DNA of 64,000 bases, taken from assembly GCF_964204645.1 (NCBI RefSeq), contig NC_134034.1:10304962-10368961 (forward strand), written 5' to 3'. Numbering within the stretch: position 1 is the stretch's first letter; each line of letters starts with the position of its first letter. Positions 1 to 13,200 of this stretch are shown here, in pieces. The notes beneath the pieces were generated by a model. That model did not search any database, had not been told where the DNA came from, and saw nothing but the letters and a program-made list of their open reading frames with translations. Both the position numbers and the translations under genes were made by a program. The DNA is from Tubulanus polymorphus (lineage: Eukaryota > Animalia > Nemertea).

Positions 1-397
1 ATCATTGTGAACAGAAATTTTCATTTAAAATGGTCGAGTAGTTCCTACTCAATGACACATTTTTCACCATTCAAAAATCGAGTACTCTTATTGATGGAAG
101 GTCGTGCATTCAAGCTTGAAGTTATGCACAGATAATTTAATTTAAAAAAATCAATAGCTGAGATACTCCTTTTTCATATGCTTTGTATCGTTTTCGTCTA
201 CCTCAAATATCAGCCCGGATATAACGGTTTGAAAGAACAATCTCGTTCGACAAAATGTGTGCTACCTAACCGTTTTTGTTCAGTGTATATATTCGTTGTT
301 TTCGCGCAACGGGCGATCTATTCGTCTGGTGTTTTATCGATTAAACGACAACGTACGAAACTGCGAGAAAATTAATTTTCTTTCTTTTTTGTCGCAG

Positions 398-1362
398 ACG
401 AGATCGACCTGAAAGGAAAGACAGTCGGACAAAGTTCTTCGGATCCACAAGCTCCTACGGGTACCGCTGTGAAAGCTATCGACGGAGACACGAACGCCGA
501 CTTCCTCGCTGGCAAATCGTGTACACACACGTTGGCTGAGCCGATAAACTGGTGGAAGGTCGACCTCGGAAATACTTACAGAGTTCGCAGCGTCACGTTG
601 GTAAATCGTGTCGATTGTTGCAGTAAGTGATCCTTGCCTTTTTCATCGAAAATTTCTTAAGATACTTTGCAAACGAGGGCTGCATCCAGCTAACAACCCG
701 AGTCCGCTTGGTCCATCTGAAACCCATTATTAGAAATGAATTGATAGTACTATTCATTAGTGTAGGTCCGGTTCGAAGGCAATTTTGGGCGCCATTTCAG
801 TTTGTTTTGATGATAAACATTTAACGCATGGCCGACTCCAGACGGATGCACGTGTTCCCGTCGGAATTTTCGCGTGCCCTTTTGAAAATGTTATGGCAGT
901 ATTTTTCAGGTCACTTTTCCACCCGTTACTAAATAAGACAACTGTTCATAGCAAAAAAGTTAACTTGTGCCTGTTCATTTCATGAAAATTAACTAATAAA
1001 AACAAAATTTCCAGACATGCCCTTTTCATTTCTTCGTACTCCAGTCAAGGTTTGCCTCTGGATCCACTCCTGCTTCGTAATTATTAACTTTTATCTAATC
1101 TTTCTTATTCATTCCTTAAGGTTCTAGACTTCGTAACTTCAAGATACTGGTGTCTTCCACTCCGTTCGACAAGCAAGCGTCTTTCAATAATGCGATGGTA
1201 TGCTCCACGCAGACCGATAGTCTTGGTGCCGGCGCCACTGTCGAATTTACATGTCCGGCCAGTTTAGACGGAAGATACGTGGCTATTAGATCAGAGAGCG
1301 GCGAACCTCTGACTCTTTGTGAGGTCAAGGTCAATGGTAGAGTAATAGGTGGGGTCCCCTAA
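398..1362 (+). CDS. F-type lectin (fucolectin / FTP domain) protein, last two exons (398-622, 1121-1362); 5' part lies upstream of the window
   Basis: The spliced translation reads ..QSSSDPQAPTGTAVKAIDGDTNADFLAGKSCTHTLAEPINWWKVDLGNTYRVRSVTLVNRVDCC|SSRLRNFKILVS...GRYVAIRSESGEPLTLCEVKVNG..*. It contains the exact fucose-binding motif H-X26-R-X-D-X4-R plus the WWxVDLG, GRYV and LTLCEV hallmarks. Splice sites are canonical (cag at 397, gtaagt at 623, aag at 1120) and the phase-1 junction is consistent. Confidence 0.92.
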
Positions 1363-3259
1363 TAAGTAAGAAAGCCCTGAAGTAATTTAGAAATGTGTCC
1401 GTTATTTTTTGGCATCACGTGACCAGTTAACAGATGGAAATAAGATATTTGAAATATTTCTCCTTGTTTTATGATATTAACGTAATAATTTTTGTCGTAT
1501 ATACGCGCTTCTGAATAGGCTTCGCTTCATTCTGCTGAAAACCTTTTTGACGATTTCTAAACGCGATTTCATTTGAACCGACCAATGAAGAGAGTTCTTG
1601 TTCTCTCGAAATCAATTTCTTTTGCAATTTTTTCCCTTTGGATTGTGTGCTGTATCTATGTTTGTATTATATAGTAGAGTAGAATTAAATTTGTAAGTCG
1701 ATGTGATTTTATATTTAGTTTGCTGTGAATAGAGTTGTTAACAAACTAGAATCTTTATTACTAGTAGGATTTAGCCAGAATTTAACCCAAACCAAACTCA
1801 AGTTAGACTTTAATATCCTATATGTATATATGGATATGACTTAATTCGTATTTGTACACGGAATCACCTCGGGCCGGTTCCATATTCGAGACTTAGACTA
1901 GTCTAAGACTATTTTAATTCCATAGCTAATCTATAACGGCTTAGGACTAGTCTCAAGATATAAGACCACTTTTGGACTTAAGTCTCGACTTTGGATTGTT
2001 TTTGTGGGATGAGAATATGAAAGAAGATTTGTACTCGCCATCGTGAATTTTTTTTTGTGTAAAAGTATTTAAGATCGATCGCCGAATATTCATTTTGTCA
2101 AAGTTGTTAAAATGTGAAGAAATTTTTCTAAAAGCTGTCAACGAATTCAATCGAATACAAACAAGCAATATGTGTACAATACGAAAAAAGACTGCCTTAT
2201 TGTTGGTTCTTCTATTTTCCTCTTGCTATCATCCCTCAACGAACGCCTTACTTCGTGTCGGGTAGCGTTTCCTCCCTGGATTAGGTCACGCCCCGAAATA
2301 TCACCCGCCTTAGACCTTGGATTCGAAGAAAACGATGGTGTCAGATCAATGCGTCGGTCGGATCGGAAGGTGAAACGCCATGTTTGTTTTTTTTAGAATC
2401 CGAATGATGTTTAAGTCTCCGTCGGAAGTTCGAATTTGTAAACTGTTACAAAAAATGCGTCTCGATACTTTGATGTGGAAATTTTACCTCAAGGGGAGAG
2501 ATGATCAATGGGACATCTTTTATGGATAATAATGTAGGCTAACTTTTTTTCTACTGGCTTCATATAGTTCATATTCAGGTTACTTACTTGTGCTGCTTCG
2601 AATTTGAATTTGACATATATCGTTGCAAGATAATGTATGGCATCTGTAGTCCAGAGTGTGTAATAAATGATTAAATGAATGAAGAAAAAACCCATTATTT
2701 TGCATGACTGGATCCGATTTCTTTCGTCCGATGTACCGGTGCAGGGGGAGGGGGTTAGTGCGGTGTGGAAATTAAACGGACGGGGGAGGGATAGGTCAAA
2801 ATTTGGCAATTTCATGTGGACGTCTTTCATGGACAGCGCCATTTAGGTGATGAAACAAGAGATTCCAAAACCTGTTTGAACTTAGTAATCACGGATGCTG
2901 CCTCAAGATGACTCCCAAGGTAACCGGCCAAATACGGTCGGGGATTCATGTTTCCCTTATTCGGCTCTGGTATAACCGTACTCTGGAATGGCCTTTCTAA
3001 AAGGTTTTGGTAATCTCAAAAGGCTGGGTGAGCCATGTGGGGCGAAAACCAGTTCTGTGCGCAGCTAACCTAGCAGTTAGTAGCTACCGATAGTCTTAGT
3101 AGCCTAGCGGCCATAAGCACTTGAGTCTCATACGCCCGAATTCGAAGCGGGTTGCTTTTCCCACGGATCTGAGCATTTTCCGGGGTAATCGGCAGTAGCT
3201 GGTGTTGAATGGCTTCTCACTTCGGTCGATGGTCGTTAGCGTTTGCTTCGCATTGGTGA

Positions 3260-5144
3260 GCCCTGGGACGACATTGCCAGTTGCTAAGTGTGCCAATTGC
3301 GAGTTGCCGATTGCTCGTTCTCAAATGCCACTTGCTACTTGACCATTTTTTAAACCGTCTGCTAGCGCCGCCTCAGTGTATACTTTTTGTTATGTACTGC
3401 TTGATTATCAAAAGTTGATACCCTATTATTTAACCAAAGTACATAAGATTACGACAAAATGCCAAAAAAAATATCTTACTCTTGACCAATTTCTAAAATG
3501 ATGTATGGATCAAAAGAAAAATTTTCTATTTAATAGATTTAAAACATAAAATCTTTATTTTTTTCAAAGTAGTAACAGATAAGAAACACACTCGTTTTCA
3601 AACATTTCCATTTTTCTCAAAATTTTAAAATCCTAGTTTTCTCAACTGTTGCGTACATATTGATTACGATAATAAAACTACCTACTGTACGAATCTGTCA
3701 CTCTTCTGAAGAATTGACCCTACCTTTACCGTGCGTACACGTAATGAATGAATGACCTCTATTTAACCAGAAATATATTTCTAACGATTACTTTTGGATG
3801 AGACACCCAGGGACAGTACCTCCTGGTCCGATACCGGCTCTCGACCTGGTCCGGACCAGGAGACTGAGGCAGGTACCCATGGAACCCGAGCCGCTCAGCA
3901 GTGGGCTCGTTTCAAGCTTTTCATTGACTCGGCCTGCAGTTTTCGTAATTATAACCTTAGCGGTCGTCTTCATAACATCTGTCTTAAAACATCGTTCCTG
4001 TTTTGAAAAAAGGACAGCCATTTAATACCTTGAATGAAAACTATTAACGTAATTGCGACTATGTATTTGCAACAGCGACGTGACGCGCGTACTGTGGTAA
4101 ACTTCATTCGTGATTAAGTCAATGATTAAGGGTATACATATGACAACTATTGCAAGCAGGTGTTAGATTCACCAAGTCCTGGCAGTGTGGCTGTCTCCAC
4201 AGTGATCTACGTCGCTCTACGATCCTAGTGTACCAATCTGTGGTACATCAGACACAAGGTTCTTGTTGAAGTGTTAGAAGTCAAGAATCATCTGTAGAAA
4301 CTACATAAAAAGTCTTAACAAAAATAGTTAAGTAGCATTTCGCACCCTCATGTCCGATAATATCATGAATCTAGTGTGTCGATCATATTACGACCACAAC
4401 CAATTGACGGTCAGTCGAGGCGTCAGTCCAATCGTCTGTCTATAAAAAAAATTTCATGCATTATCACTATGACACGAAGCCGAGAATCACGGTCCCTGAG
4501 AGAGCCGCGCGTCTGCCATAACCCCCTAGTACCGGACCATGTTGGATCTCTAGATGGGGGGGGGGGGGAGTTTTACAGAATCTAGCAATACTAAAATTTC
4601 AAAAACACCGCCGCTAGACCAGACTGCACGGCCGCAGTCTGAACCTAGGCTAGCCCCACCCGCAGGCACCTCCGGTACCGGAATTCGCGGCGTCCGGTGT
4701 CCATTGTCAGAAACAATTCCTTACTGGCTAACATGTTTTTAAAGACGTTTTTTGCCTGAAAATGTGTTGGATAATAACTTGCGGTAATGATATGTATGCC
4801 AGAACTATAACGGAGCTAATGGGGTTTGATACGCGGTAAATATTTCAAAAATATACTGTGGCGGCGCTAGCGGGTGGTTTGAAAATGGTCAACTAGCAAA
4901 TGGCAACTCGCAACTAGCAACTTTTTTTTCCCTGGGTGCTTGCGACAGCGGCCTAAAGGCTTTGCTTGGCCCACACTGAAAGCTACTGTCCTCTCTCTCT
5001 TTTTATAATTGTGCTTTGTTTAAAAAATTTGTAAATTTTATTGTTTGTTTTCCCTCAACCTGTGTACATAGCCTATCATGCTTTCTGTGAAATAAATTTG
5101 AACTTGAACTTGAACTTGAACTTGAGCAATGTCGTCTCAGGGCT
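3260..5144. mobile_element. Degenerate non-autonomous DNA transposon with long terminal inverted repeats, interrupted by a LINE 3' end
   Basis: 3260-3388 (agccctgggacgacattgc...ttgaccattttttaaacc..gctagcgccgcc.cagt.tata) is the inverted counterpart of 4847-4921 plus 5125-5144 (gcaatgtcgtctcagggct). The internal segment ~4185-4245 recurs in reverse at ~50003-50060. No transposase ORF was seen. Confidence 0.5.
4922..5123 (+). mobile_element. 3' end of a non-LTR retrotransposon (CR1/L2-like tail)
   Basis: AATAAA at ~5090 is followed by a (TTGAAC)n microsatellite tail. The fragment interrupts the right inverted repeat of the surrounding element. Confidence 0.45.
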
Positions 5145-5890
5145 TCCATACATTGGACGTGTTAGCAACACTACCTACTTTCGGAGTAGACCTACACGTG
5201 CACAACCCGCCATCCCAATATTTTTCCCGTCACATCCCGCCCTCTTTACTGCTATAGGCAAGCGAGTAATGGATGTCGTCCAGATTAGTGCTAAAAACTC
5301 AACAATCCGGGAAAACGAGATTTTGTCCCTTTAACTCTAACACTAAATCGATCTAATACCGAAACAATGAAATAGTTATTTAATTTTCGTAAATCAAAAA
5401 TTGGTTTCATGTAAAACAACGCCGAGAAAGCCGAGAGGGGAGCCGCCGTCATTTCCCGAATCGCGGATTTTTCCCGACTGTGAATAAACGTCCACCCGAC
5501 TCTGTGAGAATTTTGCGGTTTTTGACGGGCATTTTCGTGTTTTGACGTCGATAATCGACGCTAAGCGATGCGCCCAACGACTTAAAACGGATTAATCGGT
5601 TAGGGAGAGATTTCAAGTTACAGCTAATCGGCGCCGAAGCTTCGTAATTCGCTTGAAACGGCGAAAAATCGCGAGTTTGCGACCATGAACTGGGCGAAAA
5701 ATTAGGAAATAAACGCTTCCGGGTTTGCTAAAAGTTTCGAATTTGAGCCTTTATTCTCGCATTTGAAGTAACATCAATTCTTACAAGTCCGTTGTAACCA
5801 ACAATCACGCTAACCTTTGACATATAAGAAGTCCGACAGTCCGAGGTCCGAAGTTTATCTATGCCCAGTCGGAATTTAATAGATGTCAAC

Positions 5891-7223
5891 ATGAGCTCGC
5901 CGACAACTACTACGACTGGTAGCGCCACCGGTGCCAGCAGCGGCAGACGCAGGTCGTCTAATACGACAGCGTCGCGCACGGCTGAAGATCAAGCGTTGAA
6001 TCAGATCGCTAAAGAGGTAAGTTTTCCCTATACTATATATTGCCACACAGACCCTACAGTCCATCAGGGTCATCCTTATTACCGAGATGACGTAATTTAC
6101 CGAGATGACATGAAATATAACATATATATTTATTCCTTATCGATTTTAACACTTGAAATGATGTTATATCAGTAATGAATACCTGCTGGAGGTAATGTAT
6201 ATAGCACGTTTGAGTTTTTCTTGTTCACCTCAACCTCAGGGATGAGAATTCCCCACGGATCCACGGTTTCCTGCGGATTTCGGTATTGAAAAATATCAAT
6301 TTTACAAATAGTCCAAAAATGATGTAAAAGTATGGGGGGGGGGTGATGATCTCATTCAATTGATCCGGCGTGATCGGTAATCAGGTGAACCGTAAAAGCG
6401 TTCAGTGCCTGTTTTACTCATCGTCACGTGAAAGTATCGCATTTCAATGCATATTCATTGCAACACGGTGATTTTGTATTTTACATTTGTACTACGATCT
6501 TGATGAGTGTGTATGTATTTTATCGATCGGTTGCAGACGCGCGCGTGCGGCAACAGTAGTAATGTAGGCCTACTTACTGTTGCCGCGCGTGTTGTGGCGA
6601 ACGTCTTCAGATATTATACGCTACTGGGTGATGATTTTTAGTGAGCATTTATCGGCGCGTTTTAACTGCAATAATTCAGGACTCGACCCGTAATGCGTGA
6701 GATGCTGAATGTCATCGAATGAGGATGTACCACATTGGAACTAGCCATTACCTTCCAAAATATAATAGTCGTTCATGGGTTCAAGATCGCTGTAAGTGCT
6801 CGTAAAACGCGTTTAATTTCTAAAATTTTCTTGGGGGAGGACCCCGAAACCCCCGGAAATCGCTTCGCACCTTCGGCGCTCGCGAGTGCTGTTTGCGTGT
6901 GCAACTCAACAAAAAAAAACCAGCGGATTCTATAGGTCGGCGTTCTCATCTCTGCAACCTACCGAGCACCACTCACGGTATTATCAGTAGGTTTTTGAGG
7001 TTTATAGCTCAGTTTGTTTGCCAATAAGTGCTTGATACTGCCATACACAACGAAAACAAAAAGTGATCGGGATATTGTTCGGTCAGTCATATGAACGTAA
7101 ATCACTTTACGGGCGGCTATTGCATTTGACCACCAATATGGCGTAGTTAAACCAAAAAAAGCTCATATGCACGCTTAGAATAGCAAGGTCGTAGTCATAA
7201 GCGTGCATATGAGCTTTTATGGT

Positions 7224-7294
<71 letters not shown>

Positions 7295-10200
7295 CTGCTA
7301 TATATAGCAACGGTTTCAACCCCTGTAGGTCACATGGCCCATCGTAGTCATTGTCATTACCGCGATTTACCGCGATTAGCAAATTCACCGAAATGATAAT
7401 AATGACATAATAGCATTTCTGATAATAATAATAATAATAATCGTAATAATAATAAATGTAATATTATATCGCCTAAAGAGTATTCCATCGCGGACACAAA
7501 GGCAACAAAGCTAGGATTTTTCAATTGAATTAGTTCAGTGTTTTTTATACGTATTCTAAGTAGATTTTGCCCTCATTTTTTTATGCCGCGGTGGAGGTGA
7601 TAGTTATCTGTCAATGCTATGCACCGAAGTACATTGAGCTGATGAAAAATATATATATAGATATAAACAGCTTCCTGGTCGACGATAGGAGCAGCCGTAT
7701 AATTTGTTGTTTGCGGCTAATTTTCCCCGACTCGGGTTTATAGCAAGCAATTCGAGTGTTGTGACTGTATTCTGCGGATTTCGTAACCGTTCATCTACGT
7801 ACATGAAGAGTGGATTTTTCCGATTACCGAAAAGTCCGATATTCATCACCGAATTCGATGACGTTGCCCTGCTGCAGGATTCGTTATAACCATCAACAGT
7901 CCACGGAAGCGATTGTCGTCTGCTGCGTTGTTCGGATTTCTCGAAAGTGATTTTCGCATTTGAAATCTTCATTGTGTTTCCCGTCGTCATTTCGTCGATC
8001 GCCGCGATTTCTAAAATTGATAATCGACGTTTATTCGAGTGAATCGCATTTACTAATTATATGTATGGTAACATCGGCGGAGTTTATAGGTTAATTGTCG
8101 TAAAGTGCGCACGAGATAACGAATCTCGGGTGCTTTTTTTCGCATCCCAATTTTTTCAAACGGAATAAATTGTGGATTATTGAGGATAGTGTTGAAAAAT
8201 GGGGGCTAACGAATCGGCGCCGTTAGATAAAACGAGAACTTCGTCGAAACGAAAACGTTCGCTTTCGGCGCCATCGCTAAACAGCGGCGAGGACAGTCAG
8301 ACGGACGTCGCGACCGATACTTCGAATCCAGGTGGTGCCGGCATTACCGACCAGCAGACGGAGTCTGTACCGACGACGCCTCGTCCGTCGTCCCGCCGCG
8401 TCGTCGACAGCGGACTGCAGTCCGTTCGTTCGTCCGTTTATTCGTCGTGTTCGGAATTTACGGAAGTCACGCGAATGGCGTCGTCGTTGAGGTCGTCGAC
8501 GACGACGATGACTAGTTCGCGCTCATTGTTGACGTCGTCGTCGTCAACTACGATTCAGTCGGATAATATTTCGGAAATTGCTGTTGCTCCCTTGGCCACG
8601 GTTTCCTCAGAAACAGATTTACAGGAAGATATTCCAGGAAATACTTTAGATCAGAGCATTGCTGTTGCTCCTTTGGCCACGGTTTCCTCAGATACGGATT
8701 TAGACAAAGATGTTCCAGGAAATACTTTATATCTGAGCATTGCTGTAGCTCCCTTGGCCACGGTTTCATCAGAAACGGATTTACAGGAAGATATTCCAGG
8801 AAATACTTTAGATCAGAGCATTGCTGTTGCTCCCTTGGCCACGGTTTCCTCAGATACGGATTTAGACAAAGATGTTCCAGGAAATACTTTAGATCAGAGC
8901 ATTGCTGTTGTTGCTCCCTTGGCCATGGTTTCCTCAGAAACAGATTTGGACAAAAATGTTCAAGAAAGTACATTAGATCTGAGTGGTGCTGTTGCCCAGT
9001 TAGCAATAGGTTCCTCGGAAAAGGATGTACGCTTAGGTATTCCAGAAATTTCTGTCCATTTTAGCGCCGCTGTTGCTGGGGAAAACAATTCAAAAACGGG
9101 AAATATTTCTGTTGCTGGTTCGAGTATATCAGGCAGTGGGGATTCCCCCCATATTGAACTTGATCAATCGCATAATGATACCATACAGGGGATAGAAATA
9201 TCATCTGATGTCAGTGGATCAATGGCTGCTTCAATACCATGTCAAACCTCGACTGTAAAACACCAGCTACAACAAGAAGCCGCAGGTATCTGTGATGATA
9301 GTCACACTGGTAGTGATTTAGAAGAATTTCCAGAATCCATCCATAACAAACTCCATGATAATGAGCAGGAGAAACCTGAGACTTGTGACGTTTCAGATGA
9401 AAGTATCGTGGCAAGTGAATCCCGCAAAGAAATCCCAAAACTTCTCGCAAGTCCAAATCATAGAAAGGAATGCGTAATGGAATCGGTTTCATTCGAAAAT
9501 GAAGTCATTTTGTCCGATGGTATTGATATTCCATTACCCGAGTCATCTGATAGCGATAGAGCTGGTGCCGATGCAGCAGAAATTGGAAAATTTTCCGAGT
9601 CATTACTGAAGAAATTGGAAACATTACATAATCAGTCTAGTCCTTCGTCTTCGTTGAAAGTGTTGTCAAATTTCAACAGTGCGCATTCGTCGCAGCTGCC
9701 GTCGCCGCCATCATCAATAGGTGGCAGTAGTATAGGTTCTGGAGCGACGCTGCCGTCGCCTCCATCTTCCATCGACCTGGATGAGGTTGGGGTTTCTTCG
9801 AGATCGGAGGATCGATTACGCGCGGAGCCCGTCCGTTGTGACTTTTCGATAGTTATCGACGAACCAGAAAATAGTGAATCAATGCGCGATAATCTTAAGA
9901 TACGACCTACGTTAGGAGAACCTGCGGAAAAGAATGACGTCGAAAACATGCCACCAGTGGCGAGTGAGTCTAGTGTAGCCCGGGATTCCGGGGTGAGGGT
10001 TGATGAACTTAAAGCTCAGCCTAAATCAGGCGAACTTGCGGATATGAAAGCTGTTGTAGGGACACGGACTGAGAAAAGTCAGTCAGGGGTAACGAATGCG
10101 AAAGCACGCGATTCGTTTCGACAAAATCTACAAAATGATGTAGAAGTATTGCCACCCAAGCTGGAACCAAGTCTGAAGGATTCAAATGTTTCAGCAGAAG

Positions 10201-13200
10201 AGACACTGCTGAGTGAGTCTAGGGAAATCATTGGAATTTATGCAGAATCAAAGACCCAAGATTGGGACGGTTTGCCAGATAAACTTGTGAAACTGGATGA
10301 CCCTGTGTTGATTGAAACTAAAAGCAGACTAAATGCGGATGATTTAGCTGACAATGAATTCACAGAAAATGCTGATTCCAAGCGAATGGGTGACGTAACT
10401 ATTAAACTTGAGAACGTAGAAAACCCTGTGTCAATTGCAATTGTAGCCGATTCCCAGATAATGAAAATAGAAAATATAGTTGAAGTGGACATAGAGATTA
10501 GATCAGATGTACCTCAAATAGAACCACAAAGTAACAACGATTCAGCTGAAGTTGCGCCTGAAAATGTGAAACGCGAAAGCTCTGAGGTGATCGAGGTAAA
10601 CGTTCTAGCTGAGGTGGACTTAGAAGAGGTTAGGACTAAAGCCGAGGACATAAAACAACTGATTGATTCTCAACCTGATCTTCAGTTGACTGGTCTAAAA
10701 ACAGACTTCGCGGTGGCTGAAATCGAGTCTAATACTGCGGAATCAAGAACAGCAGGTCAAGAAGTTAAAGAAATCAAAGAATTGATTGCCCCAGAGCCTA
10801 AAGTTGAAGATCTACAGTTGACAGATCTAATAACTGTTACAGGACTTGAGGCGGCTGAGGGTCGGTCCGATACTGATGAAATGAGAATAACTCCCGATGT
10901 CAAGGAAATCAAAGCATTCATGGATCCACAATCTGAACTTGAGGAGTTGAATGATATAGAATCCTCTACAGAGGTTGGCTCTGATGCCGATGGGATGAAT
11001 GTTCCAAAAGTCAAACAAATCAAAGATTTGAATGGGCAGCATAAACCTCAAGATGTAGATATTGAAAGGTGTGTAGCCCAGCAACCAGAAAATATACTAC
11101 CAGAGGCGATAATAACTGAGCTTAACTCAGAAGTGAGGATGGATGACGACAAAGTTTCATTAGTTCATGAATCTGAGGCTGGAATCAAATCTCTGTCCAG
11201 TGAAGTAAGGTTCGAAGATTCTGAGCCTATCCAGGCTGAGCAACTGCTCATTGGAACTGAGCCTAGTTCAAAACTAGGGTTGAATAAAGTTGAAGCTTCA
11301 CATGTTCAGAAACTTGATGGAAGAATCGAGGCAGAAGTTCCAATATCCGAATCGATCTCAGCAATGGATGAGCCCTCCCAAGATTTTAAACCAGAAAACC
11401 AAGCCGTATTTGTTGAAGCAGCCTCAATAGAAAGTAAGGAACAAACAATTGACAAAGTAGATCCAGATTCCGAAAATATAGCTGAAGTGAAGTTGAATGA
11501 AATACAAATACTAGGTGAAGATTTAAGGGAGAAGAATGTTGAACAAGATGCTAATGTTAAGGATACTAAAATAGTTGGAAAAGGAAATGCTGAAAGTTAT
11601 CATGATTTTGTTGATGAAAAAGAAAATGATGAATTGAACCGGAGAGAAAATGTCAAAACCGTTAATAAAAGTCTAGCTGCAACGATTGGAGAATATGAAG
11701 AGGTAACAAATGATGATATTGATGATTTGGAAAATGTTTTAGAAGAGTTAGAAGTGTTCGTTGAAGATGGCGAAACAAAACAGGTCGATTATGTCGTAAA
11801 TGTGGCTTCCAAAAAAGCGAACAAATTCGAGGTGGTGAAAAAGACCTCGTCGAAAATTGACCGTAAAATCGGAAAATTCTTTCATCGTAAATCCGAATCG
11901 CAAATCGTCATCAAATCGACGGAATCGTCGGAGAAAGCGTCGAAGTCGGCGGCGCCGATGTCGTGGCTGAAGAAGAAGTTGCGATCGCGTTCGATGTCGC
12001 TCGGATCGCTAAAGCGTAAAAGTAAAAAACCCGAGCCGCTCGCGTCGTCAACTGATGGCGTTGGCGACACCAACTGGTTCGTCGTTGGCGCCGGCGCCGT
12101 AGAAAAAAGCTTCGATGAAGCTACGGCGAAAGAAAGCGATCGCGAAGCTGAAGTCGAATCTCGGGATGTTTCCGAAACGGTCGAAAGCGTCGACGAAAAT
12201 TTACGTCATGCGGGAGTCGTCGAAGATGTAAGTGAGAGCAAGAATGTTGCGCGTGAATTTGTGTCACAAGATGTTTCTAAAAACGTTGAAAAAGATTTCA
12301 TTCATCGAGAAGTTGAAGATACCGAGAACGAGGAATCTGCGCGGACGTTTACATCACGAGATGTTTCCGAAACGGTGGTAGAAGACGCGATAGATTTCGA
12401 TAGCGCGCGTCGAAAACCCTACGAAGATCTCGACGGTTTAGAAGACGTATTCGATGGTGCCGATGCGCTCGGCGATGTTGACGCTCGTTGCGAAAGCGCC
12501 GAATTGGAACGGATTTTAACGCGACGCCCGGCAGGCGATGAGATGTCGAGTTCGTTTGGGGAAGTAGCGATAAAACGAGTGAAACGCCGGTCGTCGGCGG
12601 ACATTGAATCTTTATCGAAAAATGCAGAGGTTTTAAGTCGAAGGAGGTCGTTTTCAGGATCGAAAACTGTTAGTAGCGTTCTCAGTCCAGATTTTGTTGA
12701 TATTTCCTGGAAGAAAGGTGCAGAGATTGTTGCTAGTAAAACTACGGATGAAAATGTGATAGAAAATGCGGAGATTGTTGCTAATAAAATTACGGATGAA
12801 AATGTCATAGAAAATGCCGAGATCGTTGCTAGTAAAATTACGGATGAAAATTTGATAGAAAATGCCGAGATCTTTGCTAGTAAAACTGCGGATGGAAATT
12901 CGGGTGTTGATGTCGTCGAGGTAAAAAATGCTGAAAGAGTTCCTAGAGAAAGTGCGGCTGGAGTCGAAGTGGAAGCGTTTGCGGTCGAGTTGAAATCAAG
13001 TTTGGAGACGCAGCCCGTCGTTGAGGAGTCCAGGTTACCGTCTGTGCGTTCGCCGGAATCCACTTTCCCAAATGTTGTGGCAGCTGAGAAAACTTGCAAC
13101 GATTTTATCGCGTCTGAAACGCGTCGAAACAATGAAAACGAAGTCGATCGATTAGAAAAACATAGTGAGTCAAACGTATTACTCGAAGGAAAAATAACAT

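Noticed and set aside
3788-4025. Overlapping short ORFs as a possible transposase fragment
   Set aside because: No transposase motif is recognisable, so it is left as internal sequence of a non-autonomous element.
7150-7228. ~78-nt hairpin that could be a pre-miRNA
   Set aside because: No recognisable miRNA seed family. Near-perfect arms next to an (AT)n run are more consistent with a MITE remnant, and it cannot be supported without small-RNA data.
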